A stretch of DNA of 64,000 nucleotides from assembly GCA_903893565.1 (NCBI GenBank), contig CAITMU010000068.1, forward strand, positions 58,066 to 122,065. The letters are read 5' to 3'. How positions within the stretch are numbered: position 1 is the first letter of the stretch; each line of letters opens with the position of its first letter. This document shows positions 38,390-48,996 of this stretch, one piece after another. This DNA is from an uncultured beta proteobacterium (GTDB lineage Bacteria; Pseudomonadota; Gammaproteobacteria; Burkholderiales; SG8-41). The translations under genes were made by a program, and so were the position numbers. The notes beneath the pieces are model-generated. The model saw only the letters and a list, made by a program, of their open reading frames with translations, was not told the DNA's origin and did no database searches.

Positions 38390-39391
38390 ATGAAAAATGC
38401 AGTTTCATCTTCCTCGCCTATCTCGCCTGACGAAGCGCTCAGTGTCGCTCGTCATGTGCTCGAGATTGAGGCTGAGGCTATCCGCCATCTAATGTCCAAA
38501 CTGGATGATAGTTTTACCCAAGCGGTGAATGCTATTTTGAATTGTCAGGGCCGAGTAGTAGTCAGTGGCATGGGTAAATCGGGTCATATCGCTCGTAAGA
38601 TTGCCTCAACCTTGGCTAGTACGGGAACGCCTGCTTTTTTTGTTCACCCTGCTGAGGCGAGTCATGGGGATTTAGGAATGGTCACCCGACAAGATGTGAT
38701 GATAGGGTTATCGCACTCGGGAGAAAGCAACGAACTCTTAGCCATTGTCCCAGTTTTAAAGCGTCAAGGGGCTTCTTTGATTGCAGTGACCGGTAATCCC
38801 AGTTCAGCCTTGGCCTCTCAGGCGGATATTCATCTGTATGCGGGTGTTTTAAAGGAAGCCTGTCCGCTTAATTTAGCTCCCACTGCGAGCACGACAGCAG
38901 CCCTGGCTTTAGGCGACGCGCTGGCTGTGGCATTAATGCACGCCAGAGGATTTACTAAAGATCAATTCGCTTTGTCGCATCCGGGAGGGGCGCTAGGTCG
39001 GCGGTTGCTCACCCTAGTTAGTGATGTGATGCGAAAAGGACCTGAGGTCCCAGTGGTGAATCAAGAGGTTTCAATCATGCAAGCTATGGTGGAAATGTCT
39101 CGTAAATCGATGGGTATGACCGCCGTAGTTGATGCCAACGGGCAGGTGATCGCCATATTTACCGATGGTGACTTAAGGCGATCGATTGAAAAAGGCGTAG
39201 ATCTTAGAGTGGCCTCAATTGCAGAAGTCATGACGCTTGGCCCACAAACTATTTTTGCCGATCGAATGGCAGTCGAGGCAGTCGAAGTCATGGACCGCAC
39301 GAAAACAAATCAATTATTGGTCGTTAATCGTCAGGGAGTATTGGTTGGAGCCCTTAATATGCATGATTTGTTTCGTGCGAAAGTGGTGTAA
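38390..39391 (+). CDS. kdsD: Arabinose-5-phosphate isomerase
   Basis: ATG at 38390. SIS domain (GMGKSGHIARKIASTLASTGTP) plus tandem CBS domains, upstream of kdsC-lptCAB. Confidence 0.85.
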   Translation: MKNAVSSSSPISPDEALSVARHVLEIEAEAIRHLMSKLDDSFTQAVNAILNCQGRVVVSGMGKSGHIARKIASTLASTGTPAFFVHPAEASHGDLGMVTRQDVMIGLSHSGESNELLAIVPVLKRQGASLIAVTGNPSSALASQADIHLYAGVLKEACPLNLAPTASTTAALALGDALAVALMHARGFTKDQFALSHPGGALGRRLLTLVSDVMRKGPEVPVVNQEVSIMQAMVEMSRKSMGMTAVVDANGQVIAIFTDGDLRRSIEKGVDLRVASIAEVMTLGPQTIFADRMAVEAVEVMDRTKTNQLLVVNRQGVLVGALNMHDLFRAKVV

Positions 39392-39393
39392 AA

Positions 39394-39945
39394 GTGAGCT
39401 CAACGCAGACCCAGGCACGAGAAGAAAATATCAGCAGAGCTTCGCGCGTTAAAGTGGCTGCATTTGATGTGGATGGAGTTTTGACCGATGGGCGACTGTA
39501 TTACTCTGATAGCGGTCAGGAGATGAAAGCGTTTAGTGCCCATGATGGACAAGGGTTGAAGATGCTCTCTCAAAGTGGCGTTCACGTGGCTATTATTACG
39601 AGTCGCCGATCTAAACTGGTGCAGTTACGGGCCCAAGAACTGGGCATTACTTCCTTGTACCAGGGCGTTGACAATAAACTGCTAGCGATGAAAGATTTGT
39701 TGCAAAGCTTAAATCTTGATTTTGACCAAGCCAGTTATATGGGAGATGATTTAATCGATTTATCGGTGATGAGACGCTGTGTTTGCGCGGCCAGTGTCAA
39801 AGAAGCGCCCTCAGTGGTTCAGCGGTTTGCCCATTTCGTGGCGACCCAACCCGCGGGCGGTGGCGCGGTGCGTGAGTTTGCCGAGTGGATAATGCAAGCG
39901 CAAGGCCAGTTGGAGGCTCAGTGGGCACCTTATTTGACGGATTGA
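39394..39945 (+). CDS. kdsC: 3-deoxy-D-manno-octulosonate 8-phosphate phosphatase
   Basis: HAD motif FDVDGVLTDG and YMGDDLIDL, in the conserved position. Confidence 0.85.
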   Translation: MSSTQTQAREENISRASRVKVAAFDVDGVLTDGRLYYSDSGQEMKAFSAHDGQGLKMLSQSGVHVAIITSRRSKLVQLRAQELGITSLYQGVDNKLLAMKDLLQSLNLDFDQASYMGDDLIDLSVMRRCVCAASVKEAPSVVQRFAHFVATQPAGGGAVREFAEWIMQAQGQLEAQWAPYLTD

Positions 39946-39980
39946 TTTGAGTTTTATTGAATTAACAATGACCCCATGCA

Positions 39981-40577
39981 ATGAATGAACCGATGTCAAA
40001 TTTTTTCCCTATTTTGTTAATGGCGTTTTTGGCTGGGTTGACCTATTGGTTGGACCAAGTAGTCCAAATGCCCTCTGCGACCAACAATCCATTATTACGA
40101 CACGATCCAGATTACATCGTTGATGGATTAGTAGCGACACGACTCGGTCTTAATGGTCAAATTAAAAATACCTTACGATCCAATCGGTTGACTCATTTTC
40201 CGGATGAGGATGTTACAGTGCTTGAGAATTTACATCTCATTAACTATGACGCGGCATCACCGATGACGATCACAGCGAAAAAGGGGCTCCTTTCTTCTAA
40301 CGCGGGCGATATTTATTTCCAAGAATCTGTGCGTTTAGTACGAGCCCCGTATGCGAACAAGAGTGAGTTGGTCATCGATACTCATTATTTACATGTAATG
40401 CCCGATGACCATGAAGTTAGCACCAACCAACCCGTTGTTATCACGGACGATAATATGCGGATACAAGCCTCTTCAATGCAGATGAACACTGAAACGCAAA
40501 GTTTGCGTCTAGGTCCTGCAGTCAAAGTTACTTATTATGATGCGAGCAGATATGGAAAAAAACCTCTTCATGAATAG
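39981..40577 (+). CDS. lptC: LPS export protein LptC
   Basis: N-terminal TM anchor plus a beta-jellyroll region. The position between kdsC and lptA supports the call. Confidence 0.75.
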   Translation: MNEPMSNFFPILLMAFLAGLTYWLDQVVQMPSATNNPLLRHDPDYIVDGLVATRLGLNGQIKNTLRSNRLTHFPDEDVTVLENLHLINYDAASPMTITAKKGLLSSNAGDIYFQESVRLVRAPYANKSELVIDTHYLHVMPDDHEVSTNQPVVITDDNMRIQASSMQMNTETQSLRLGPAVKVTYYDASRYGKKPLHE

Positions 40578-41259
40578 TGATTGTTTGCTGCGTGGGTCTC
40601 AACCGAGGGTTACCTCGTTTGGTCTATTGCACCATTGCGGCCCGCTTTACTTTTTGTGTTTAACGTTTTTTTTCTTAAGCATGATTTCCCACCCAGTAAG
40701 TGCCGAAAAAGCCGATCGTGAAAAGCCTATTAATATTGAGTCAGATAAAGTCAGTGTCGATGAGATTAAGCGGCTGTCAAAATTTGAAGGCTCAGTGTTG
40801 CTGACACAGGGCACTTTAATTCTTCGGGGTGTCCGGATGGAAGTGCGTCAAGATAAGGAAGGTTTTCAGTCTGGTGTAGTGTGGGGTAACCCCGCTTACT
40901 TCAAACAAAAACGTGAAGGTCTGGAGGAGAACGTAGAGGGCTGGGCGGATCGTATTGAATATGATAGCCGTGCAGACAAGGTGCAATTTTTCACTCACGC
41001 TGCGATGAGACGCGGGCAAGATGATGTGGCGGGTGATTATATTAGTTATAACGCAACCACAGAATTCTACCAAGTCATTGGCGGAGGGGCAAAGGTAGCC
41101 ACCCCTAATAATCCAGCCGGCCGAGTCAGGGCCGTTATTCAACCGAAACCGGCAGTTAAAGCGCCAGTCAAATCAGAGACAAAAAATGTAGAGGCAATGC
41201 AGTTGAAATTTTCTGACTCTATCGCCGCACCTCGAGAAGAGTTAGGGGCAGCACATTGA
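40570..41259 (+). CDS. lptA: LPS transport periplasmic protein LptA
   Basis: OstA-like motifs (EKPINIESDKVSVDE, GSVLLTQGTL). The start is uncertain; the ATG at 40570 overlaps the lptC stop. Confidence 0.8.
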   Translation: MNSDCLLRGSQPRVTSFGLLHHCGPLYFLCLTFFFLSMISHPVSAEKADREKPINIESDKVSVDEIKRLSKFEGSVLLTQGTLILRGVRMEVRQDKEGFQSGVVWGNPAYFKQKREGLEENVEGWADRIEYDSRADKVQFFTHAAMRRGQDDVAGDYISYNATTEFYQVIGGGAKVATPNNPAGRVRAVIQPKPAVKAPVKSETKNVEAMQLKFSDSIAAPREELGAAH

Positions 41260-41271
41260 AGCTAAGAGCCT

Positions 41272-42054
41272 ATGATGCCTGATAAGCCGAATCCACAGTC
41301 GGTAGAATCGATCCCCTCGTTGGCGTCGGCGCGCATTCAGTTAAGAGCGGATCACATGCGAAAGCGTTACCGTTCCAGAGTGGTAGTGCATGAAGTCTCC
41401 TTGGAAGTCAATAGTGGTGAAGTGATTGGATTGCTAGGACCCAATGGGGCGGGCAAAACCACTTGTTTTTATATGATGGTCGGGCTGGTTGCTATGGATG
41501 GGGGAGAGCTTTATTTAGAGGGTCAAAAACTGACCCATCTTCCGATTCATCAGCGGGCAAACCTAGGATTATCTTATTTACCCCAAGAAGCGTCTATTTT
41601 TAGGCGTTTGTCTGTGGCCGATAATATAAGGGCTGTATTGGAGTTGCAGTCGTTAACCCCCCAAGACTTGGAAATCCGGCTCGATAGTCTTTTGCAGGAT
41701 CTACATATCAGTCATTTGCGTGCTAATGCAGCGATTAGCCTATCGGGTGGCGAACGTCGACGGGTTGAGATTGCACGTGCTTTGGCGACCTCACCAAAAT
41801 TTATTCTATTAGATGAGCCATTCGCTGGCGTCGATCCGATAGCGGTGATTGAGATACAAAAAATTATTGGATTTTTAAAGCAACGAGGGATTGGTGTTGT
41901 GATTACGGATCATAATGTTCGCGAAACTCTGGGTATTTGTGACCGCGCCTACATCATCAACGAGGGCACCGTGTTGGCCTACGGAACGCCCGATGAAATT
42001 GTGAGCAATGAAGGGGTAAGGCGGGTTTATCTTGGAGAGCACTTCCGTCTTTAG
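41272..42054 (+). CDS. lptB: LPS export ABC transporter ATP-binding protein
   Basis: Walker [10 protein letters not shown], signature [15 protein letters not shown], Walker [13 protein letters not shown]. Confidence 0.9.
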   Translation: MMPDKPNPQSVESIPSLASARIQLRADHMRKRYRSRVVVHEVSLEVNSGEVIGLLGPNGAGKTTCFYMMVGLVAMDGGELYLEGQKLTHLPIHQRANLGLSYLPQEASIFRRLSVADNIRAVLELQSLTPQDLEIRLDSLLQDLHISHLRANAAISLSGGERRRVEIARALATSPKFILLDEPFAGVDPIAVIEIQKIIGFLKQRGIGVVITDHNVRETLGICDRAYIINEGTVLAYGTPDEIVSNEGVRRVYLGEHFRL

Positions 42055-42088
42055 GCGGAAGACTCCCAACAATTCCCCTCACATTTTC

Positions 42089-43540
42089 ATGAAGCACTCC
42101 TTACAACTCCGGCTCTCTCAACACCTGACCCTGACTCCGCAGTTGCAGCAGTCGATCAAGCTCCTGCAGCTGTCGACTCAGGAACTTGATCTGGAAATTG
42201 AACGCTACTTGAGGGAAAACCCGTTACTTGAGCGTGAGGAGCCGATTGCCGAGAGTTTTGTTCCTGTCATGATGCAGTCCGATCCGTTGCAGTCGAATGG
42301 GCCTGAGGCGACACCCAGTCCGGAGCAAGAGATAAGTGCGTCGAGTGAATCCTTTGACAATTTTGGATCGGGCGATACGTTTTCTGAGGTCTCTTATGGT
42401 TCAGGCGCGGGTCGCGATGAGGAAGGAGAGGAGCGCGATTATCCCCAAACCCCCGCGTTGGCTCCTTCTTTGAGAGAGCATTTGGTCGAGCAAATTGGGC
42501 TCATGAATTTTTCTCAGCGGGATCATGCATTGATGAGCATGCTGATCGAGACCTTGAACGATGATGGGTATATGACGCAGAGCTTGGAAGACGTACTGGA
42601 GCTAATCCCTGAGGAGTTAGAGGTTGAAGCGGAGGAGTTAAAGATTGCACTCGAACACCTTCAGCATCTTGATCCACCCGGGGTTGGGGCCCAGTCGTTG
42701 TCGCAATGTCTGCGATTGCAACTAAAAGCGATGAGCCAAGATACACCTCTCTTGGATAAAGCCCTCGATTTGGTCAATAAGCATCTAGAAGTGTTAGCGG
42801 CACGAGATTATGCGAAACTGCGGCGTTTGATTAAGTGTGACGAAGATGAGTTGCGTCGCGTGCAAAAACTCATTGTCAGTCTTAATCCTAAGCCAGGGCG
42901 TAATTTTTCTAATACTGAGATTCGTTATGTCGTGCCCGATGTGAGTGTCAGCAAAATCAAGGGACAATGGGTGGCGAGCCTAAACCGTGAGGCCATGCCA
43001 AAACTCAGAGTCAATAAGCTTTATTCCGACATTTTGTCTCGCTCTCATTCAAGTGCGCAGCACTTATCGAGCCAACTGCAGGAAGCCAAATGGATGGTCA
43101 AAAATGTCCAGCAACGTTTTGATACCATTTTACGGGTCTCGCAAGCCATTGTGGAACGACAAATCCAATTTTTAGAGCATGGGGCTATCGCGATGAAACC
43201 CTTGGTGTTGCGTGAAATCGCTGATGTATTGCAACTGCATGAATCGACGGTATCCCGAGTCACGACAAATAAGTATATGCGTACCCCAAGGGGTATTTTT
43301 GAATTAAAATATTTTTTTGGCAGTCACGTGGGCACCGATGGCGGAGGGGAGGCCTCGAGTACGGCGATTCGTGCCTTGATTAAGCAGCTCGTAGCCAATG
43401 AAAATTCACGAAAACCACTCAGTGACTCACAAATATCGAGTATTCTAGGACAGCAAGGGATGGTAGTGGCGCGCCGCACGGTAGCTAAGTATCGGGAGTC
43501 GATGCAAATTTTACCAGGTAACTTACGAAAAACTTTGTAA
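42089..43540 (+). CDS. rpoN: RNA polymerase sigma-54 factor
   Basis: ATG at 42089. The N-terminal LQLRLSQHLTLTPQLQQSIKLLQLS and the C-terminal RpoN box ARRTVAKYRE are present. Confidence 0.9.
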   Translation: MKHSLQLRLSQHLTLTPQLQQSIKLLQLSTQELDLEIERYLRENPLLEREEPIAESFVPVMMQSDPLQSNGPEATPSPEQEISASSESFDNFGSGDTFSEVSYGSGAGRDEEGEERDYPQTPALAPSLREHLVEQIGLMNFSQRDHALMSMLIETLNDDGYMTQSLEDVLELIPEELEVEAEELKIALEHLQHLDPPGVGAQSLSQCLRLQLKAMSQDTPLLDKALDLVNKHLEVLAARDYAKLRRLIKCDEDELRRVQKLIVSLNPKPGRNFSNTEIRYVVPDVSVSKIKGQWVASLNREAMPKLRVNKLYSDILSRSHSSAQHLSSQLQEAKWMVKNVQQRFDTILRVSQAIVERQIQFLEHGAIAMKPLVLREIADVLQLHESTVSRVTTNKYMRTPRGIFELKYFFGSHVGTDGGGEASSTAIRALIKQLVANENSRKPLSDSQISSILGQQGMVVARRTVAKYRESMQILPGNLRKTL

Positions 43541-43552
43541 AGGAGAGGTGCA

Positions 43553-43879
43553 ATGAATCTACATATTACGGGTCATCACGTTCAAGTCACTCCTGCGTTA
43601 CGAGAGTATTTCACCGATAAAATGGTGCGGATTAATAAACATTTTGATCATGTGATTGATGTCCATGTGATCATTTCAGTCAATAAGCTACAGCAAAAAA
43701 TCGAAGCGACGATCCATGTCAAAGGGCGTGATATTTTTTGTGAAAGTGTTGACGAAAATATGTACGCAGCTATTGATGCGTTGGTCGATAAGCTAGATCG
43801 GGCGATTTTAAAGCATAAGGAAAAAACTCTAGGCCATCGACACGATACGGTAATTTTGCAGGCACCTGAAGTCGAATAA
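43553..43879 (+). CDS. hpf: Ribosome hibernation promoting factor (short form)
   Basis: 108 aa starting MNLHITGHHVQVTPALREY, immediately downstream of rpoN. Confidence 0.85.
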   Translation: MNLHITGHHVQVTPALREYFTDKMVRINKHFDHVIDVHVIISVNKLQQKIEATIHVKGRDIFCESVDENMYAAIDALVDKLDRAILKHKEKTLGHRHDTVILQAPEVE

Positions 43880-43906
43880 GCCGCACTCCGAATGGATTGA
43901 GCATCG

Positions 43907-44374
43907 ATGAATCTTGTGTCGCAAATTTTACCCTTACCCAATGTGATGTTGGATGTGGACGTTTCCAGTAAAAAACGAATTTTTGAACAAGCCGGTTTAC
44001 TTTTTGAAAACAATCATCAGATCTCTAGAGCCCTAGTTTTTGATAAATTGTTTGAGCGAGAAAAGTTAGGTTCCACTGGATTGGGTAAGGGGGTTGCGAT
44101 CCCTCATGGGAAGATTGTGGGGCTTAAAAAAGCGGTTGCCGCTATGTTTCGGCTACGCACGCCGATTGCCTTTGAGTCGCCTGATCGAGTCGGGGTTAAG
44201 TTGGTTTTTGTTTTGTTGTTGCCGGAACGAGCGGCGGTGTTGCATTTGTCGATTATGGCGCAATTGGCGCAAATGTTGCGTGATGAATCTTTGCGTGAAG
44301 CACTTTATAATGCGCCCAGTGCAGAAGAATTGCACGTCCTTCTTTCTCAATGGTCAAGTCATGTCGCGGATTAG
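43907..44374 (+). CDS. ptsN: PTS IIA-like nitrogen regulatory protein
   Basis: EIIA-Ntr pattern (EREKLGSTGLGKGVAIPHGK), in the conserved rpoN operon position. Confidence 0.85.
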   Translation: MNLVSQILPLPNVMLDVDVSSKKRIFEQAGLLFENNHQISRALVFDKLFEREKLGSTGLGKGVAIPHGKIVGLKKAVAAMFRLRTPIAFESPDRVGVKLVFVLLLPERAAVLHLSIMAQLAQMLRDESLREALYNAPSAEELHVLLSQWSSHVAD

Positions 44375-45323
44375 TATTTCACAGTTGTTTGAGGAAAATC
44401 ACACGCGAGTTAAGTTGGAGTGGTTGGCCGGGCGTGCGGGTGGAAACAAAACCCTCGATGTGGAATTGACCAAAGAGTCGGCTCAGGGCTTGATTGGGCA
44501 CTTGAATTTTATTCATCCTAATTTAATTCAGGTGTTGGGTGCGCCCGAGATGAAGTATCTTGAATCGATGGAAGTGGAGGATTGTGCCAGCGTATTGCAA
44601 GAGAGCACACGCCACGAACTGGCCTGCTTTATCGTTGCTGGCAGCACACACATTGCCCCACAGCTGTTAAAAATTGCCGAGCAAACCGACACCCCCTTAC
44701 TGTCATCGCCTTTTTCTAGTGTCGAACTGATGTGGATGTTGCGTCCGTATTTGGCCCGTGCCATGGCACAGTGCCTGACCGTTCACGGAGTGATGTTGGA
44801 TGTGCTCGGCTTAGGGGTTTTGATTACCGGGGATTCAGGGGCCGGTAAAAGCGAATTGGCTTTGGAGTTGATTTCTAGAGGCAGTGGCTTGATTGCCGAT
44901 GATGTCGTGGAGCTTTATCGTGTGGGCCCAGAATATATTGATGCACGTTGTCCGGCGATATTGAAAGATTTTTTGGAAGTACGGGGTTTGGGCGTATTGA
45001 ATATCCGCTCCATTTTTGGTGAGGCTGCCATTCGTCCTCGAAAAGCCTTAAAGCTTATTGTTCACTTAGAACGACCCACTGGTATTGATACGGTACCGGC
45101 GCAACGATTGCCCTTAAAACCCGGAACAGAAAGTATTATGGGCGTCGAACTCAGTAAGGTAGCTATTCCTGTAGCTGCAGGGAGAAATCTGGCCGTGCTG
45201 ACGGAGGCTGCGGTGAGAAACCACGTCTTGCAAACTCGTGGTATCGACAGCACTCGTGAATTCATCTCTCGTCAAGCAGATTTAATGAAAGGGCCTTTCG
45301 GTGAAGATAAAACCCTCGTCTAA
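44361..45323 (+). CDS. hprK: HPr kinase/phosphorylase
   Basis: ATG at 44361 (MSRISISQLF...). P-loop GDSGAGKSELALEL and LEVRGLGVLNI are present. The longer track ORF starting at 44094 overlaps ptsN out of frame. Confidence 0.85.
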   Translation: MSRISISQLFEENHTRVKLEWLAGRAGGNKTLDVELTKESAQGLIGHLNFIHPNLIQVLGAPEMKYLESMEVEDCASVLQESTRHELACFIVAGSTHIAPQLLKIAEQTDTPLLSSPFSSVELMWMLRPYLARAMAQCLTVHGVMLDVLGLGVLITGDSGAGKSELALELISRGSGLIADDVVELYRVGPEYIDARCPAILKDFLEVRGLGVLNIRSIFGEAAIRPRKALKLIVHLERPTGIDTVPAQRLPLKPGTESIMGVELSKVAIPVAAGRNLAVLTEAAVRNHVLQTRGIDSTREFISRQADLMKGPFGEDKTLV

Positions 45324-46173
45324 GAAAACACAAGATCTGGTTCTCATCACAGGCCTTTCAGGATCCGGGAAAAGTGTGGCCTTAAATGTGCTGGCAGATG
45401 CAGGTTACTATTGCGTTGATAACTTGCCTTGTAATTTATTTCAGGCTTTAATCAAAGAATTGCAGCGAATGGATCATCAACGGGTGGCCGTGACCATTGA
45501 TGCGCGCTCTGGGCAAGATGTGACGGATCTTGCGCTACATATTAAAACGCTGCGCTCACAAAGTGTGAATTTTAAGATTATCTACTTAGATGCTAAGGAT
45601 GAGACGTTAATCAAGCGGTTTTCTGAAACTCGCCGTCGGCACCCTTTGTCCCAAGATAAACTGACTTTACCAGAATGTATTTCAAAGGAACGTGAACTAT
45701 TGGCAGAGGCTGCTGCAATGGCCAATCATATTGACTCCAGTGACTTGTCTCCGAATGCGCTCAGAGCTTGGGTAAAAGATTTCGTGTCGGTGAGTTCGGA
45801 GGGTTTAACGGTTTTATTTGAATCCTTTGGTTTTCGTTATGGAATTCCGCTAGATGCGGATTTGGTGTTTGATGTGCGTTGCTTAGCCAACCCCTATTAC
45901 GATCCGATCTTACGTCCATTGACAGGCCAGGATTTGCCCATTATTCATTTTATGAAAAATAATCCCTTGACTGAGCAGATGATCGAAGACATACGACAGT
46001 TTGTGCAAAAATGGCTGCCTAGTTTTGAGCGGGACAATCGCAGTTATTTAACTGTGGCCATCGGTTGCACGGGAGGAAGGCATCGCTCGGTTTATTTCGC
46101 GGATACTTTATCGGGATTTTTCTCTCAATCGCATCAGGTGTTGGTCCGGCATCGCGGATTAATGGCGTTATAG
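45301..46173 (+). CDS. rapZ: RNase adapter protein RapZ
   Basis: GTG start. P-loop GLSGSGKSVALN, then CTGGRHRSV near the C-terminus. Confidence 0.85.
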   Translation: MKIKPSSKKTQDLVLITGLSGSGKSVALNVLADAGYYCVDNLPCNLFQALIKELQRMDHQRVAVTIDARSGQDVTDLALHIKTLRSQSVNFKIIYLDAKDETLIKRFSETRRRHPLSQDKLTLPECISKERELLAEAAAMANHIDSSDLSPNALRAWVKDFVSVSSEGLTVLFESFGFRYGIPLDADLVFDVRCLANPYYDPILRPLTGQDLPIIHFMKNNPLTEQMIEDIRQFVQKWLPSFERDNRSYLTVAIGCTGGRHRSVYFADTLSGFFSQSHQVLVRHRGLMAL

Positions 46174-46182
46174 GCTGTATTT

Positions 46183-46776
46183 ATGAATTCGACAGAACCA
46201 TTACTCATCCCCGAATTGCCTTTGTTTCCCTTGTCATCAATGCTGATGCCAGATGGGGTATTGCAGTTGAAGATATTTGAGCAGCGTTATCTCACCCTCA
46301 CCAAAGAGTGTTTGCGGGATAATAAGCCGTTTGGCGTGTGTTTGATTCATGAGGGTGCGGAGGTGGGGTTACCGGCCACCACTCATGAAACGGGTTGCCT
46401 AGGATACATCTCCGACTGGGAAATGCCCCATACAGGCATTTTTCATTTACGAGTAAAGGGGGGCGCTCGATTTAGATTGCTGCATAAAACGATAGACGCC
46501 AGCGGCTTGCAAAGGGGGCATGTTGAGTGTTGGGCAGAGCCACAAAGAGGAGAAAATGACACCCTCTTGCAGTCATTGTTACAAAAGATTATTCAAACGC
46601 TAGGCCAAGATTTTTTGATTCAACCCTTAAAGTATGAGGACCCTGTTTGGGTGGCTTATCGTTTGGCCGAACTCTTGCCGGTTCCTAATGAATTCAGGCA
46701 ACAAATTTTGCAAGCCCACCATAGTGACGCAATGTCTGAGATAATTAGAGACTATTTAAAGTCTTCAAAATATTAA
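46183..46776 (+). CDS. LON N-terminal (substrate-binding) domain protein
   Basis: LPLFPLSSMLMPDGVLQLKIFEQRYLTL is the typical start of a stand-alone Lon N-domain protein. Confidence 0.65.
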   Translation: MNSTEPLLIPELPLFPLSSMLMPDGVLQLKIFEQRYLTLTKECLRDNKPFGVCLIHEGAEVGLPATTHETGCLGYISDWEMPHTGIFHLRVKGGARFRLLHKTIDASGLQRGHVECWAEPQRGENDTLLQSLLQKIIQTLGQDFLIQPLKYEDPVWVAYRLAELLPVPNEFRQQILQAHHSDAMSEIIRDYLKSSKY

Positions 46777-46894
46777 ACGCTATGTCGACAAGCCTATGAT
46801 AGGGTAAACATTGTGGTTCACTATTTAAGCCGATAAAATGGCAAGGTGATTAAAAAGCGGCTTTTGAATTTTGTAGAGCGTATGGCCAGGATGA

Positions 46895-47698
46895 ATTTTT
46901 ATTAAAAATTACATAGAAATCAAGGACGTAAGTTACTCTTACGGATCCCGTCCCATTCTTACGGGAATTAATCTTTCTATTCCCCAAGGCAGCACGGTGG
47001 CGATTTTGGGGGTCAGCGGTTCGGGTAAAACGACGTTGCTTCGATTGATCGCGGGTGTGATGCGAGCCCAGAAAGGTGAGGTTTGGGTTAATGGGGCGTT
47101 GGTTAATGCGATGAACCAATCCGACATTTACAAAATGCGCCGTCAGTTAGGCGTGATGTTCCAGTTTGGCGCTTTGTTTACTGATTTAAGCGTTTATGAC
47201 AATGTTGCGTTTCAAATGCGAGAGCATACGAATCTACCTGAATCGATGATACGGGATTTAGTCATGATGAAGTTAGAAGCGGTCGGTCTTCGTGGCACTC
47301 ATGCGTTATTGCCTGCAGCCTTGTCGGGTGGGATGGCTCGTCGAGTTGCCTTGGCTCGGGCAATTGCGCTCGATCCCCAATTGATGTTGTATGACGAACC
47401 TTTTACGGGCTTAGACCCCATTGCGATGGGGGTGATTAGTAATTTAATTAAGCAATTAAACAAAGCTTTGGGGGCGACCTCGATTGTTGTCACTCATGAT
47501 GTGCAAGAAGCATTGGATATTGTTGACTATGTTTATTATCTATCGGATGGAGAAATGTTGGCGCAAGGCACTCCGGAATCGATTCGGGCCTCACCAGACC
47601 CTCGGGTTCGGCAGTTTGTTTACGGTGAGTCGGAGGGGCCTGTGACATACCAACATCCTAGTCGGCCACTGGATCAAGACATGAGGTTGAGCGCGTAA
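46895..47698 (+). CDS. mlaF: Phospholipid (Mla) ABC transporter ATP-binding protein; start codon unresolved
   Basis: Walker [10 protein letters not shown], signature [14 protein letters not shown], Walker [13 protein letters not shown]. The conserved N-terminal strand ([27 protein letters not shown]) is in frame from 46895 but has no ATG/GTG/TTG before 46997. Confidence 0.75.
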   Translation: MFIKNYIEIKDVSYSYGSRPILTGINLSIPQGSTVAILGVSGSGKTTLLRLIAGVMRAQKGEVWVNGALVNAMNQSDIYKMRRQLGVMFQFGALFTDLSVYDNVAFQMREHTNLPESMIRDLVMMKLEAVGLRGTHALLPAALSGGMARRVALARAIALDPQLMLYDEPFTGLDPIAMGVISNLIKQLNKALGATSIVVTHDVQEALDIVDYVYYLSDGEMLAQGTPESIRASPDPRVRQFVYGESEGPVTYQHPSRPLDQDMRLSA

Positions 47699-47699
47699 A

Positions 47700-48494
47700 A
47701 TGGCGACTTCAAAAGGTATTTCCATTCGGCGTATTGGGGCAGTAACCAATGATGCTATTTTACGTTTAGGCTACGCGACGCGATTTTTGGTGCGCACCGT
47801 GCTTAGTTCTGCCACCATTATTAAACGTCCCGGATTAGTCATCCGGGAGCTATACTTCACGGGAGTGCAGTCGCTCATCATTATTTTGATTTCTGGTTTA
47901 TTTGTTGGCATGGTGTTGGGATTTCAGGGCTACCATACTTTGCAAACCTATGGTTCAGAATCTGCTTTGGGGGTTTTAGTTGCGTTGTCATTAGTCCGTG
48001 AATTAGGTCCCGTGGTAGCGGCTTTATTATTTGCGAGTCGCGCCGGATCGGCCATGACGGCTGAAATCGGCTTGATGAAAGCCACAGAACAACTCTCAGC
48101 TATGGAAATGATGGCGGTTGATCCTATTTCTCGGGTGGTCTGCCCACGTTTTTGGGCTGGTGTGATATCAATGCCCTTACTAGCCGCTATGTTTAGTGCG
48201 ATGGGTGTCTTTGGCGGTTATTTGGTGGGTGTCGTACTGATCGGCGTGGATGAGGGCTCTTTTTGGTCGCAGATGCAAAACGCGGTCAATTTCAGAAATG
48301 ATATTATGAATGGGGTCATAAAAAGTATGGTCTTTGGACTGGCAGTGACGTGGATTGCCTTGTATGAAGGCTATGATGCCCCTCCGACTGCGGAGGGGGT
48401 CTCCGGGGCCACGACGCGTACGGTTGTCACGGCTTCTTTGGCGATACTGGTGCTGGATTTTTTGTTAACGGCTTTTATGTTCCGGGGGGTGTAA
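47700..48494 (+). CDS. mlaE: Mla ABC transporter permease
   Basis: Polytopic MlaE pattern ([27 protein letters not shown]), directly after mlaF. Confidence 0.85.
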   Translation: MATSKGISIRRIGAVTNDAILRLGYATRFLVRTVLSSATIIKRPGLVIRELYFTGVQSLIIILISGLFVGMVLGFQGYHTLQTYGSESALGVLVALSLVRELGPVVAALLFASRAGSAMTAEIGLMKATEQLSAMEMMAVDPISRVVCPRFWAGVISMPLLAAMFSAMGVFGGYLVGVVLIGVDEGSFWSQMQNAVNFRNDIMNGVIKSMVFGLAVTWIALYEGYDAPPTAEGVSGATTRTVVTASLAILVLDFLLTAFMFRGV

Positions 48495-48964
48495 TGGAAC
48501 GGTCTACAATGGATATTTGGGTGGGGTTGTTTGTAGTAGCAGGACTGGCGGCGTTGCTGATTTTGGCTTTAAAGGTGGGTAGTGTTAGTGGCTTTTCTAG
48601 TGCAGATACTTACACAGTGACGGCTAATTTCGAAAACATAGGGGGTCTCAAACCTCGGGCGCCGGTGAAAAGCGCTGGGGTGGTGGTCGGGCGCGTATCG
48701 GAGATTCGTTTTGACAACGAAAAATTTCAAGCTACTGTGACCATCAATATTGAAAAGAATTTTAAATTCCCAAAAGATACCAGCGCCTCGATTCTGACCT
48801 CGGGTCTTTTGGGGGAGCAGTATATTGGCTTGGATGGGGGAGGGGACTCACAGAATTTACGTACAGGAGACAAACTCACCCAAACCCAGTCAGCGGTTGT
48901 TTTGGAAAAATTGATCGGACAGTTTTTATTCAGCAAAGCCGAAGAAGGTGGCGCTAAAAAATAA
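48494..48964 (+). CDS. mlaD: MCE-domain protein MlaD
   Basis: N-terminal TM anchor and MCE domain (GLKPRAPVKSAGVVVGRVSEI). Overlaps the mlaE stop by 1 nt. Confidence 0.85.
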   Translation: MERSTMDIWVGLFVVAGLAALLILALKVGSVSGFSSADTYTVTANFENIGGLKPRAPVKSAGVVVGRVSEIRFDNEKFQATVTINIEKNFKFPKDTSASILTSGLLGEQYIGLDGGGDSQNLRTGDKLTQTQSAVVLEKLIGQFLFSKAEEGGAKK

Positions 48965-48996
48965 GCCTTTTATATTCATTAAAGATTTTTTAAGGA

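Noticed and set aside
44094-44360. 89-codon N-terminal extension of the hprK ORF
   Set aside because: It overlaps ptsN out of frame and gives a Cys/Arg-rich nonsense peptide. The canonical HprK N-terminus begins at the ATG at 44361.
46997-46999. GTG at 46997 as the mlaF start, as given in the ORF track
   Set aside because: It would leave only five residues before the Walker A loop, while 34 conserved N-terminal codons are open upstream in the same frame.
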